Assembly: GCA_030390025.1 (NCBI GenBank)
Contig: CM059433.1
Span: 13,580,001-13,644,000 of the forward strand
Origin: Squalus acanthias
Taxonomy: Eukaryota
Direction of reading: 5' to 3'
Length of the DNA: 64,000 nucleotides
Part shown: in pieces, positions 1 through 11,009 of the stretch
How the letters are laid out: every line of letters starts with the position of its first letter
Numbering within the stretch: position 1 is the stretch's first letter
The notes under the pieces: model-generated
The model's input: only the letters and a program-made list of their open reading frames with translations
Database searches by the model: none
What the model was told of the DNA's origin: nothing
Position numbers and translations under genes: made by a program

Positions 1-933
1 CTTTCAGCACATGTATGTGTGTGCTGGAGTTTTCAGACTGCATGTACTTATCATCATTCCAGTAAATGCTGCTCATTCAGTGATTACTGACTAATGACTT
101 TGAAAATTAACTTTTAAAGATTAGGGATAATTGCTTCAGAGCTGCCTTTATATGCAACTAGAACATTAGAAATTGTAACTGATTATTAATTTAAAATAAA
201 CATAATTAATCAGACATTTGTCAAGTTATGTCATAGCATGCGCATACTTTTTTTCAGATACTTACTTGTCTGCATGTCACAAATTGTACAATTGTTCAAG
301 CATTCCGCTTCTTATGCTTTGGACACAACAGGTTGCGAGGTTGTGCAATTTATCGTAACAGTTTCTTACCATCAGCAAAAGAAAGTTCATCTCTGAAGTG
401 CTGCTCTTTCTAGTGTACCCAGTGGGAGTTTAAAAATGACTCCAGCGCGAACACAAACAGTTAGGGCATAAACGGTGACACAAAGGGATATGGCTAGAGA
501 GTGGAACAATCTACACAATCTAAACCTTCCTCCCACCCTAAGGGTAACACAATAAGGTCAATCCCTTGGCTCAGTGCAATGGTAGAGCAGGCATGCAATG
601 GTCACAGAGGGATTAGGATTTGGGAGAGGAGACCTAATACCAATATCTTTTCTGGGCTACAATTGCCTTCTTCTCTATTATTAGTCAGCTTACACCTATT
701 TCCTGCATGAACCTCATTAAGGTCCCAGATTTAATGCGAACATATTTAAATGACTATGCCTAACTGGTACATACTATATTTGTTCGTCTTCCCTTGCCAG
801 ATTTCTCAAAGTATTGCTATCTTTTCCCATATCTGTTTCAAGTTATGATGTGGAGATGCCGGCGTTGGACTGGGGTGGACAAAAATGAGAAGTCGCACAA
901 CACCAGGTTATAGTCCAACAGATTTATTTAATT

Positions 934-971
934 TTACAAGCTTTCGGAGCTATCGCTCCTTCGTCAGGTAA
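934..971 (-). ncRNA. Minimal hammerhead ribozyme motif, mirror copy
   Basis: Exact reverse complement of 2712-2749. Confidence 0.88.
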
Positions 972-1190
972 GTTAGCAATGAGAGAATCTCCCAGAATTC
1001 ACAATTTAAACCCAGACAAAATCTATTCACATTATTCGCTACAACAAAGAGCACAGCCAAGACAATGAGATGTGTCCCAGGGGGTCCAGCGTGTCAAACC
1101 ACCTGCTGGCTGCATATCCTGTCAATTTGTGTTCTTGTGTTTTAAAAAAAAAAAAAAAAAACACCTGGGAAGACCGGCCATGATGTCAAG

Positions 1191-1859
1191 TCACGTTCTG
1201 TATCGTGACATGAACCCGATATCGCGATTGAGGCCATCCTCATGAGTGCGGAACTTGGCTATCAGTTTCTGCTCTATGATTTTGCGCTGTCGTGTATCTC
1301 GAAGGCCGCCTTGGAGAACGCTTACCCGCAGATCCGAGGCTGAATGCCCCTGGCTGCTGAAGTGTTCCCCGACTGGGAGGCAACCCTCCTGCCTGGCGAT
1401 TGTTGCGTGGTGTCCGTTCATACGTTGTCTCAGTGTCTGCATGGTCTCGCCGATGTACCATGCTCTGGAGCATCCTTTACTGCAACGTATCAGGTAGACA
1501 ACGTTGGCCGAGTCACATGAGTATGTACCGTGTACCTGGTGGGTAGTGTCCTCACGTGTAATGATGGTATCTGTGTCCATGATTTGGCATGTCTTGCAGA
1601 GGTTGCCGTGGCAGGGTTGTGTGGTGTCTTGGTTGCTGTTCTCCTGAAAGATGGGTAATCTGCTGCGAACGATGGTACTTTTGAGGTTAGGCGGCTGCTT
1701 GAAGGCGAGTAGTGGAGGCGTGGGGATGGCCTTAGCAAGGTGTTCGTCGTCATCGATGACATGTTGAAGGCTGCGAAGAACATGGCGTAGTTTTTCCGCT
1801 CCGGGGAAGTACTGGACGACGTAGGGTACTCTGTTGGTTGTGTCCCGTGTTCGTCTTCT
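1191..1859 (-). CDS. Mirror copy of the truncated Penelope GIY-YIG ORF
   Basis: Same translation except R>H (single difference at 1408 vs 2275). It extends slightly further 5' (RRRTRDTTNRVPYVVQY). Confidence 0.9.
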   Translation of the reverse strand, partial: RRRTRDTTNRVPYVVQYFPGAEKLRHVLRSLQHVIDDDEHLAKAIPTPPLLAFKQPPNLKSTIVRSRLPIFQENSNQDTTQPCHGNLCKTCQIMDTDTIITREDTTHQVHGTYSCDSANVVYLIRCSKGCSRAWYIGETMQTLRQRMNGHHATIARQEGCLPVGEHFSSQGHSASDLRVSVLQGGLRDTRQRKIIEQKLIAKFRTHEDGLNRDIGFMSRYRT

Positions 1860-1862
1860 GAC

Positions 1863-2492
1863 GTCGTCCAGTACTTCCCCGGAGCGGAAAAACTACGCCA
1901 TGTTCTTCGCAGCCTTCAACATGTCATCGATGACGACGAACACCTTGCTAAGGCCATCCCCACGCCTCCACTACTCGCCTTCAAGCAGCCGCCTAACCTC
2001 AAAAGTACCATCGTTCGCAGCAGATTACCCATCTTTCAGGAGAACAGCAACCAAGACACCACACAACCCTGCCACGGCAACCTCTGCAAGACATGCCAAA
2101 TCATGGACACAGATACCATCATTACACGTGAGGACACTACCCACCAGGTACACGGTACATACTCATGTGACTCGGCCAACGTTGTCTACCTGATACGTTG
2201 CAGTAAAGGATGCTCCAGAGCATGGTACATCGGCGAGACCATGCAGACACTGAGACAACGTATGAACGGACACCGCGCAACAATCGCCAGGCAGGAGGGT
2301 TGCCTCCCAGTCGGGGAACACTTCAGCAGCCAGGGGCATTCAGCCTCGGATCTGCGGGTAAGCGTTCTCCAAGGCGGCCTTCGAGATACACGACAGCGCA
2401 AAATCATAGAGCAGAAACTGATAGCCAAGTTCCGCACTCATGAGGATGGCCTCAATCGCGATATCGGGTTCATGTCACGATACAGAACGTGA
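1863..2492 (+). CDS. 5'-truncated Penelope ORF: RT C-terminal linker plus GIY-YIG endonuclease
   Basis: Open frame VVQYFPGAEKLRHVL...PPLLAFKQPPNLKSTIVRS..PCHGNLCKTC...NVVYLIRC..WYIGETMQTLRQRMNGH...VGEHF...EQKLIAKF..DGLNRD. Contains the VVY-YIG, R, E and GLN motifs of Penelope EN. Confidence 0.9.
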   Translation, partial: VVQYFPGAEKLRHVLRSLQHVIDDDEHLAKAIPTPPLLAFKQPPNLKSTIVRSRLPIFQENSNQDTTQPCHGNLCKTCQIMDTDTIITREDTTHQVHGTYSCDSANVVYLIRCSKGCSRAWYIGETMQTLRQRMNGHRATIARQEGCLPVGEHFSSQGHSASDLRVSVLQGGLRDTRQRKIIEQKLIAKFRTHEDGLNRDIGFMSRYRT

Positions 2493-2711
2493 CTTGACAT
2501 CATGGCCGGTCTTCCCAGGTGTTTTTTTTTTTTTTTTTTAAAACACAAGAACACAAATTGACAGGATATGCAGCCAGCAGGTGGTTTGACACGCTGGACC
2601 CCCTGGGACACATCTCATTGTCTTGGCTGTGCTCTTTGTTGTAGCGAATAATGTGAATAGATTTTGTCTGGGTTTAAATTGTGAATTCTGGGAGATTCTC
2701 TCATTGCTAAC

Positions 2712-2749
2712 TTACCTGACGAAGGAGCGATAGCTCCGAAAGCTTGTAA
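2712..2749 (+). ncRNA. Minimal type I hammerhead ribozyme motif in Penelope pseudo-LTR
   Basis: TTAC-CTGACGA-A-GGAGC-GATA-GCTCC-GAAA-GC-TT-GTAA: stem I TTAC/GTAA, core CUGANGA and GAAA, stem II GGAGC/GCTCC, palindromic AAGCTT in place of stem III. Confidence 0.88.
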
Positions 2750-3464
2750 AATTAAATAAATCTGTTGGACTATAACCTGGTGTTGTGCGACTTCTCATTT
2801 TTGTTTCAAGTTACAGCAGGTACGGTAAACAGTGTTTAATCTGTTAGCCATCTCCCGCCAGGCATGAAGTACTGGTGTTCTCTTGTGAGCGTGCCCTGGA
2901 GGCCAAACAGCGCAAGTGTCCTCACATCCACTTCTTGCATGTTCACTTTGCCAGCTATCCAACAGGGAATGGAGGACTCCATATTGTGCCTTGACATTGG
3001 ATTTTTTACCTCTCCATACTGCCTTTGGGAAAGCTGTAAATATTTAAAAAAAAACTATTCTGAGCCTTTCTAAAGGTTGCTCCCCTCCCTAACTTGGCCA
3101 CTTACCTTGAATTTTAAGCAGCAGCTCTTTAATGACTGCGCCATCCAGATCTACGGGCTTCTTGCAGAATGCTCCCTGCGCAAGGCCTAAAATGTGCTCG
3201 GAGCATTGTAACGTTATTTAAATGAGCTGGTCCTGCTGAAATGGGTGAGGTAAGCATATCACTCCACCAGGGCAGGTGCACATGGGAGCACGGCAATCAT
3301 GGTTGCACTCTCCTCCCTATGAGAGAAGTGGCCTTAATAAATAGCAGCATTATCAGCCAGCGACCTCTGCAATACAGCTCTATAGCTAATACTAATCTGT
3401 TTGCATACTGACAATATAAGGTGTATACCATGTGCAATATGCCATAATATGTTGTAATTATAGA

Positions 3465-4310
3465 ATGATACAGCGCAGAAGGAGGTAATTCTGTCCATCG
3501 TGCCTGTGTCGGCTCTTTGAGAGAGCTCGCCAATTAGTCTCACTCCCCTGCTCTTTCCCCATAGACGTTAAACCGAGGCCCCGTCTGCTCTCTCAGGTGG
3601 ACGTAAAAGATCTCATGGCATTATTTCGAAGAAGAGCAGGGGAGTTATCCCCAGTGTCCTGGACAATATTTATCTCTCAACCAACGTCACTAAAACAGAT
3701 GATCCGGTCATTATCACATTGCTGTTTGTGGGAGCTTGCTGTGCACAAATTGGCTGCCGCGTTTCCCACATTACAACAGTGACTACACTTCAAAAGTACT
3801 TCATTGGCTGTAAAGCGCTTTGAGACGTCCGGTGGTCATGAAAGGAGCTATCGTCGCTGGGTCAAAATCCTGGAACTCCCTCCCTAACAGCACTGTGGGA
3901 GTACCTTCACCACACGGACTGCAGCGGCTCAAGGCGGCGGCTCACCACCACCTTCTCAAGGGCAACTAGGGATGGGCAATAAATGCTGGCCTTGCCAGCG
4001 ACGCCCACATCCCATAAGCGAATAAAAAAAATATATAAATGCAAGTCTTTTTTTTTCATAGCCCTGCAATTTGTTTCTTTTCAAGTATTTATCCGATTCC
4101 CTTTTGAAAGTCACTATAGAATCTGCTTCCACCGCCCTCTCAGGCAGCGCATTCCAGATCACAACAACTCGCTGTGCAAAAAAATAAATTCTCCTCATCT
4201 GCCTCTGGTTCTTTTGCTAATTACCTTAAATCTGTGTTGCCTGGTTACCGACCCTCCTGCCAGTGGAAACAGTTTCCTCTTATTTACTCTTTCAAAATCT
4301 TTCATAATTG
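3465..4310 (-). mobile_element. CR1 LINE 3' fragment split by the nested SINE
   Basis: FFAQRVVVIWNALPERAVEADSIVTFKRE..KYL is the CR1 ORF2 C-terminus. ctctttccccatag|ccctgcaa rejoins across the insertion. Confidence 0.75.
3565..4056 (+). mobile_element. 5'-truncated Deu-domain SINE (SacSINE1/AmnSINE1-like), interrupted by a LINE 3' end at ~3852-4030
   Basis: Central domain ttaaaccgaggccccgtctgctctctcaggtggacgtaaaagat...ttgctgtttgtgggagcttgctgtgc..aaattggctgc matches 29469-29720. The tail aaaggagctat|atataaatgcaagtcttt is split. CATAG duplicated at 3560-3564 and 4057-4061. Confidence 0.8.
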
Positions 4311-4746
4311 TAAAATAATTCAAAATCAAAAGTTGCAATAAAATGTTTGGGGTAAGGTTTTAACAAACATTTGGAAATTATGGCCCCAAAAATCAGTGTT
4401 GGGGTTTGTGCTCCTGTTAAACCAACAGGTTGAATCTTGCACCTGTCAGTGAATTGCACAGTGCACCAGAATCTGTGGGGTTGCCTCTTTTAAATATTCA
4501 GTAGCAGGCCAGGACCACAGCTCCCACATAACATGGGATTAAATCGCTTTGGGGGTGGGGGGGGTGGGGGGGGGGGGGGGAAGAAACTTGCTGCAGGATT
4601 TAAAAGCCTGAAGCAACTTAAAGTGGCAGTGGATTCTTAGAGCCACAGCAGGTAAGTGGTATGTTTTCTCCTCCAGCTTTTATCAGAATGATCGACTGCA
4701 GTGATTTCTAACTAAAGGTGTCCTTATACTTTATCAAGACTTCATC

Positions 4747-5024
4747 ATGGCTTCTACTTCACTGGTGGCTCGCAAGGAAGGCCTCAGACAAGTGGTGGCA
4801 GGAGGAGGCAAGCCCAGAATTTTTCAGATGCCGATTCACAGATCTTCCTGGATGAGATCTGACAGAGGAGAGACGGCCTGCTGGGCTTGCAGGGAATGAA
4901 GCCTCCCACAGCAGTCACTAGCACTATATGGAGGGAGGCGGCAGTGGTGAGTGCCACCTCGCTCACCCCTCAGACAGCAGCATGGTGTCACAAAAAGTTT
5001 AATGATTAGACAAGGGCAGGCAAG
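4747..5024 (+). pseudogene. Decayed Harbinger Myb/SANT-like DNA-binding gene, exon 1
   Basis: RRQAQNFSDADSQIFLDEI*QRRDGL...IWREAAVVSATSLTPQTAAWCHKKFND*TRAGK then GTAAG. Same motif layout as the exons at 14570 and 23646, with stops. Confidence 0.65.
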
Positions 5025-5032
5025 GTAAGAAA

Positions 5033-5470
5033 ATGGGCCTATACTCTCTGGAGTTTAGAAGAATGAGAGGTGATCTCATTGAAACATACAAGATTCTGAA
5101 GGGGATTGACAGGGTAGATGCTGAGAGGTTGTGTCCCCTGGCTGGTGTGTCTAGAACCAGGGGTCACAGTCTCAGGATAAGGGGTCGGCCATTTAAGACT
5201 GCGATGAGGAGGAATTTCTTCACTCAGAGGATTGTGAATCTTTGGCATTCTCTACCCCAGAGGGCTGTGAATGCTGAGTCTTTGAGTATATTCAAAGCTG
5301 AGATAGATAGATTTTTGGACTCTAGGGGAATCAAGGGATATGGAGATCGGGCGGGAAAGTGGAGTTGAGGTCGATGATCAGCCATGATCTTATTGAATGG
5401 CGGAGCAGGCTCGAGGGGCCGTATGGCCGACTCCTGCTCTTATTTCTTATGTTCTTCTTATGTTCTTATG
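5033..5470 (+). mobile_element. CR1 LINE 3' end
   Basis: GLYSLEFRRMRGDLIETYKIL...RTRGHSLRIRGRPFKT..RRNFFTQR, (TTCTTATG)n tail, AAAATGG duplicated at 5030-5036 and 5472-5478. Confidence 0.9.
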
Positions 5471-6030
5471 CAAAATGGCCACCATCCACTTTTCATTTTA
5501 CTATGAGACCGTCGCATCTGATCACCCTCACTTCTTAAAGGGTAAGTCTTCATTCACAGTGTACTGTGGTACAAGGGAGTTCAGTGGGGGGGTAGGGTGG
5601 GGGTGGGGGGGGGGGGCATCCTGGACATAAAAGCACTGAGAAGCTGAAGAGCTCCATGGGAGGTAAGCGGCTTTGGAAGTCTGTGATAGTGAGGTCAGTG
5701 GGCTAATGCCAGCTGCAGGTGAGTGTATGCTAAGCAGTGCCTATACCTGCTGCAGCACTTTAAGGCACTAAGCTGCCATTGAAATCCAGGTCGTCTCTAT
5801 CTTGTTATACCCTCTGGTCGTTACACACGCATACTTACCTCATGTCCTCTTCCGCAGATCATACAGCAAGGGCAGGCGGATAGAAGAGGAAGAAGAGGGA
5901 AATGATGATGATGAGAACCTGATGCTGATAATGAGAACCATGATGATGATAATGATGAGGATGATGACTGTCCCATCCCTTGTACCTCTAGTGCCACTGT
6001 CTTGTCTCCCTCAAGGCAGTGGGACTCATA

Positions 6031-6876
6031 GGGCTGGATTTTCTCAGCCGCGAGGAGGTGGGTATGGAGGCGGGACTGCCGGTAAAGTTGCAGGATTTGG
6101 GGGCAGCTGGCAAACCCGCCCCCAACCCGCCTCCATGCCCTTTTGCCAGGAGGCGGGAAGCTGTCCTGCCCCGGGTCCCGTCTCCTCGAGGCGGTAAAGG
6201 GATTAAAGCCTATTAACTGCCTGTTAACAGGTAGTTAACAGGCAGAAGATAGGATTAGCCCCATTTTTAGCTCTGAAGTGCAGGCTTCTCAACCTCGGGG
6301 AACCCCGCCAGGGTGTAGGAGATGAGAAGAAGGTCTGCGGGGGTCGGAGGGGTCTGAAAGTGCGATGTAGAGGAGAGTGATGGGTGCAAGTGTGGAGTGG
6401 TAAGTATGTAAGGTGAGTATTAAGTGTTATAAAATGTTCACTTACCTTTGTTTCTGCCTACAACCTTCAGCCGCTGTGGAGCCAGAGTCCCGACATCTCC
6501 ATTGTAGATATCACAGACTGGCTGTTGGATCCTCCGAACCAACAGCCAGGTGATTTCTGAAAAGTTGAAAGGTTTGATGAGTCCTGAACACAAGGACTCA
6601 TCAAACTATACAGAATGTCAGTGTTTGACAGCTTCACAGAGCTGTCAAATGATGACATTTCTTCTTTCAAAAGTTCTTGACTGATAGCACGTCAGACGTT
6701 GACATGCTCTGTCAGTGACTTCCCCCTAATTGGCCTGCTGAGCCCACTGGGCGGGCTTAACAAAGTCAATCAGGGGAAAAATCACACTGGTTGGCCAGAA
6801 GCTGATGGAGGCGGGATTGAAAGCCAGCAAGCAGCAGTCCCGCCTCCAAAAGCTTCTCATTGAGAAAATCCAGCCC
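6031..6876. mobile_element. Non-autonomous PIF/Harbinger-type element (MITE)
   Basis: Perfect 16-bp TIR GGGCTGGATTTTCTCA / TGAGAAAATCCAGCCC and 3-bp TSD ATA. It sits in the tail of a minus-strand CR1 that continues to ~7075. Confidence 0.85.
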
Positions 6877-8142
6877 ATAGAATCATAGAGCATAGGTGGA
6901 GCCCATCTTATCTGTGCTGGCTGTTTGAAATAAATATCCAACTAGTACCACTCACTGCTCTTTCCCCATAGCCCTGCAAATGACACTTTTTCAAGTATTT
7001 TCCCAATTCCCTTTTGAAAGTTACTATTGAAGCTGCTTCCTCCGTCCTTTCAGGCAGTGCATTCCAGATTCCTGATATGGATCTCATGGGTCCGGCTATG
7101 AAAAGAAGAATGTTTGATGAACAATTTTGTTCTATTTTAGGTTCCCCAGTTCATTCTGTTATTTTTATTCTCCATCCTATTGTAGTAGCAGCTTCTGTTT
7201 TCCACTGTTTTAGATTGTACTCTCATCACATTCTGCGGGAACATTGAGATAAGACTTCTTAACACTGTACAGGTCCTGACTTTCCATGTGCAACACTGCA
7301 GGAGACTGACTAATATACATAAATTTCATTTATATTAGAATTATAAAATTGAAGAATTTCAGTGCCGGGTAATTGAGTTATTTTTCATATTTAGCACACA
7401 ATGTCAAAAACAACCACCATCAGGTACCAGGGGACTGGGCTTCGATTGCCCAAATTCTTTTTCTCGTCCATATCTTTTCTTTCCCATGTTCTAGTTCAGG
7501 TTTACTATGAGCCAGATCCAGATTAATTTTCTCTACTGCTACTGTTCTGCTTTGGCAGAGGAAAGCGTCATTCTATTTTGCCGAGCAAACATTTCTGTGC
7601 CTTTAAACTGTTCTGGTTATTCTACCCAGAATGTTGGAATCCTGAACTCTGTCTGTCTTTGTTCTTTTGTAATCTTGAGAGAATCATTGCAAAAAAAATG
7701 GTTTTTTAAACCAATAACTCTATGTAAAATGTATCACATCATTAGAGGTTTCATTTGCAGCATTTTCTATTATATTGGAAACTACAGCACAATTTGGTGA
7801 TGCCTTTTGCCTATTGTGAGAGGTTGGGAGGTCACAGTTATAGTGCGAGTCTGTCTACTTAATCATGCTGTAACTAAATTGCTTTTCACAGCAACTCCAC
7901 AGTTTTGTGTAACACTTGGGTCACTAACCATGCCATTATTGATCTGAAGAATCTATAACAATCTTGACTACATTGCAAACAAATAATAAACCATGCAGCA
8001 GTCACTCTTTTGGTAGCAGTAGAGATGATAAAGCAAATTGGTTCTGCTATAACTACTTAGATTACTATGTGCCCACTATTCACATGATTAACTCCACGTT
8101 CTTCTGCTGATATCAGTTAAGTAAAGTGTTGTTGTGTGCAGT

Positions 8143-8166
8143 ATATATATATATATATATATATAA
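8143..8166. repeat. (TA)n microsatellite
   Basis: Direct reading; a similar tract lies at ~42006-42028. Confidence 0.9.
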
Positions 8167-8699
8167 ATTTCCAACGAGCTTCTCGGCATTATGGAGAAAG
8201 ATACATGTCAAAGACCCTGAATACATTTACTGGTTTGCTTATTGGATACTTTTGGGGCAAAAAATGTCCTTAGTGTTGAAGTATGATGTTAGAGGCACTT
8301 TATGACACAAATGATCTCATCGACTACAGCGATTGCTTGCGGGATGGATGAAAAGAAAAGACTGGGAATCGGAATTGAAAAGGGAAAACATTGGAAATGC
8401 ACAGCAGGTGCGCCATCACCTATAAAGAGACAAGGTGGGTTAATTCGGGAGTAAACCCTCCATCGGAACTCATGGGAGGGGCGGGGGGATTTTCAGTCTG
8501 CCTACCCATTCACGTTGATAAACATGATGTTAGGCAAATTATTATTTTTTTTTTAAAAACTGTCACCCGAGTCCTACCCCAATTGATTTTTGAATGGCTC
8601 TCGGTTGGGCGACCAGCACTCCCACACAAAACAGGCAGAAGCACCTTATTCAAATATTTATATCAGAGTGCTATGCCATTTGTAGGACCTTGACACAAT

Positions 8700-9696
8700 G
8701 GAGAGAGGTTTAACCTAAAAAAAAAGGGTGGTTTGGGGTCGTGTGGGAAGTTAAAGTGTTAAAAATCTGAATCCCGACCTCAACCCGCCTCCAATCTGCC
8801 CACTTCCGGTTTTAAAGGACACGGGATGGGGGTTGGACAGCCAATCAGCTCCCAGGAGGCGGGTCGTCCATTTAAATATTATAATGAGGCTGGAGCCTCA
8901 GCTTTAACCTCCATTTTGAATTTAACTTTAGCTGGTCGGGTTATGCAGGCCTCGTGAAACCCGTCAGCTAATGCAAGGTGAGGACTGCTGGATCCAGGAG
9001 GTAAGTGCCTGAACACTTACCTCCTGGATCCAGTGTCCCTGCCTAACCCACTCCCTGCGATCGGAGACCCCCCCAGGCCTCTGATTCCCGCTCCCCCCCC
9101 CCCCGCCACCTCCGATCCTCCCCACAAGGCCCCCTCCCAAATGCTCATCTGGCCCCTGATTGATGATGCCCACCCCCCTGCTCCGCTGACACACCCCGCC
9201 CTTGCTCCTCCAGCCGCTGATTCTCACCTGACCCCGCCCCCCCACCCCCCCAACCTGCTCCTCCGGCTGCCGTTCCTCACCTGACCCCCCCACTCCTGTG
9301 CTGCCCCGGCCCCCCCGATCTTCACCTGGCCGTCCCCCCGGGCTGGTCCAAGCCCCCGATCTTCACGTGACCACCAACCCACCCCCCCCCCCCACCCGCT
9401 CCTCCGGCCCACCCCGTGCCCCTCCGGTTCGCCCCCCCGGCCCCCACGCGATCCCTCCCTCTCTCCTCTCTGCGGCCTAGTGCCACAGGCCTACCCAGCC
9501 GCAGCCAGTCAGCCTCTCAATCTGGCTGGCTGCGGATGGGAAACAGTGGTTTCCCATGAAAATCAGGCCTTGCCATTAAATTTGGCAGGGCCTGCAGGGG
9601 TTTCCCGACCACTTCGGAGCACCCCCCCCCCGCCCCCCCCCCCCCCCCCACCCCCCCCGCACCTCCCAACCTACCTTCCCCATTAAAATTCAGCCC
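8700..9696 (-). mobile_element. Harbinger-type MITE (same family as 20347-22594 and 38601-39503)
   Basis: Ends ...TTAAAATTCAGCCC, AAT on both flanks. 8700-8930 is reverse-complement similar to 22355-22594. C-rich centre. Confidence 0.75.
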
Positions 9697-10224
9697 AATC
9701 TTTCTGTTTCACTGGCTGGCACGCACGTTCTGTCCCGTGGAACTGAGTGTTGAGTGACCGAACCAGCAGTCCTTAAAGGGACCACTGCAGGCCGCTCCAA
9801 AAAAAATAAAGGAACAGCAGTGATACCGATATTTGATTTGGTGATGGGGTGGTGAATGGGAAAAGGATTCGTAATGTATTGGGGTATGTACTGTCGAGAT
9901 AATGAAGAATAAAGAATAAAGACTTGTCACTGCAATTAACCACTGGAAATGCCGAAAAAGAGACGGTAGAAAAACTTAGTAAAAGAAAAGAAAATTACAG
10001 AGGTGTGGACACTTTAAAGGTTATATAGATAAACAGATGTTCACGAGGCCGTTCTGTTTCAAAACCAAATAAGACACTATTATTTCGTGTCCATGTTAGC
10101 TACTTAATAATCTAACCATTGAAACCATGCCAAAGATATACATTGGTTGCTTATTTTTGCTGAGTAGATTGGCGGCACTGCGAATGGGGGGTATCTGCAA
10201 AAGTAAGAAAAGGCTGACAGTTAA

Positions 10225-10920
10225 GGGGGGAAAATTGGGTTGCTTTGCGCCTCCCTTTAGCGCCCCCGGGTGGGGGGCTAACAGGGCGCAAAGCCCCTGG
10301 TGCCCGGGCGCGGCGTCGCTAACTCCTCCCGTGAAATTCAGCGGGAGGTTAGCAGCGGTGGTAGCCGGTGGCGCCCTGTGGCATTGCACCTCTGGCGATG
10401 ACGTCATCGCCGTGCGCAGCACTCCACTCGCGCCCCGGCTGCAAACTTTGGTCGCGCCCCCCTGACCTACCGCTGGATGATATGTCCGATAGGGTCAGGG
10501 TGGCATTTTTCAGGCCGCGGCGGCGCAAACTGAAGGGCAGGTGGCAGGCGGCCAGTTTTTGTGGGGTCGCCCGCCAGCACCTGCCCCCTTCCGCTTTTTC
10601 GTGCAGGGTGCCGGCCGCGATCGGTCAGCACGGCACTCCTCTTGAGTGCCGGGCTGTTTTCTCGGCACCCCGCTCCCCGGTGGTCCAGGAGGGCCCCGGT
10701 GCGCGCTGCGCTAGGCCCCTCCCCTTTAATCAGGGGAGGGAGGCCAGTAATACCGCGGCGCTATTCAATGGTAGCACCCAAGCAAGGAGGGGGAGCGCTG
10801 TCAGTAGCGCCCCGCCTCCTGCTTGGGGCGCTACCACTGAATTTATGGCGCAGAGGTGCTAACATTTTTGGGGCGCTAAAAGTAGCGTCCCAAAGGGAGC
10901 GCGACTGAATTTTTCCCCCC
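10225..10920. mobile_element. Young CpG-rich Harbinger-type MITE
   Basis: TIR GGGGGGAAAATT / AATTTTTCCCCCC with canonical TAA TSD (10222-10224, 10921-10923). Repeated GCGC subterminal motifs. Confidence 0.85.
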
Positions 10921-11009
10921 TAAAATTTTGACCTGCATGACATAAGAATATAAAAATATTCGAAGGCACAGAATGAACAAAGGCTGCTCAACCCATCAAA
11001 CCTATTCTT

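Larger units (their letters stand above)
846..2804. mobile_element. Penelope-like retroelement: two 5'-truncated copies head-to-head (inverted), with 12-bp TSD
   Basis: 879-1822 is the reverse complement of 1861-2804. TGTTTCAAGTTA occurs at 834-845 and 2802-2813. Each arm has a GIY-YIG ORF end, a T-tract and a hammerhead motif. The left copy carries an extra tail (846-878) and 38 extra 5' nt (1823-1860). Confidence 0.93.

Noticed and set aside
1..10200. Search for the 3' exons of PXDN, the convergent neighbour of TPO in mammals
   Set aside because: No VWC-domain or peroxidasin-like exon recognised by eye; it may lie outside the window.
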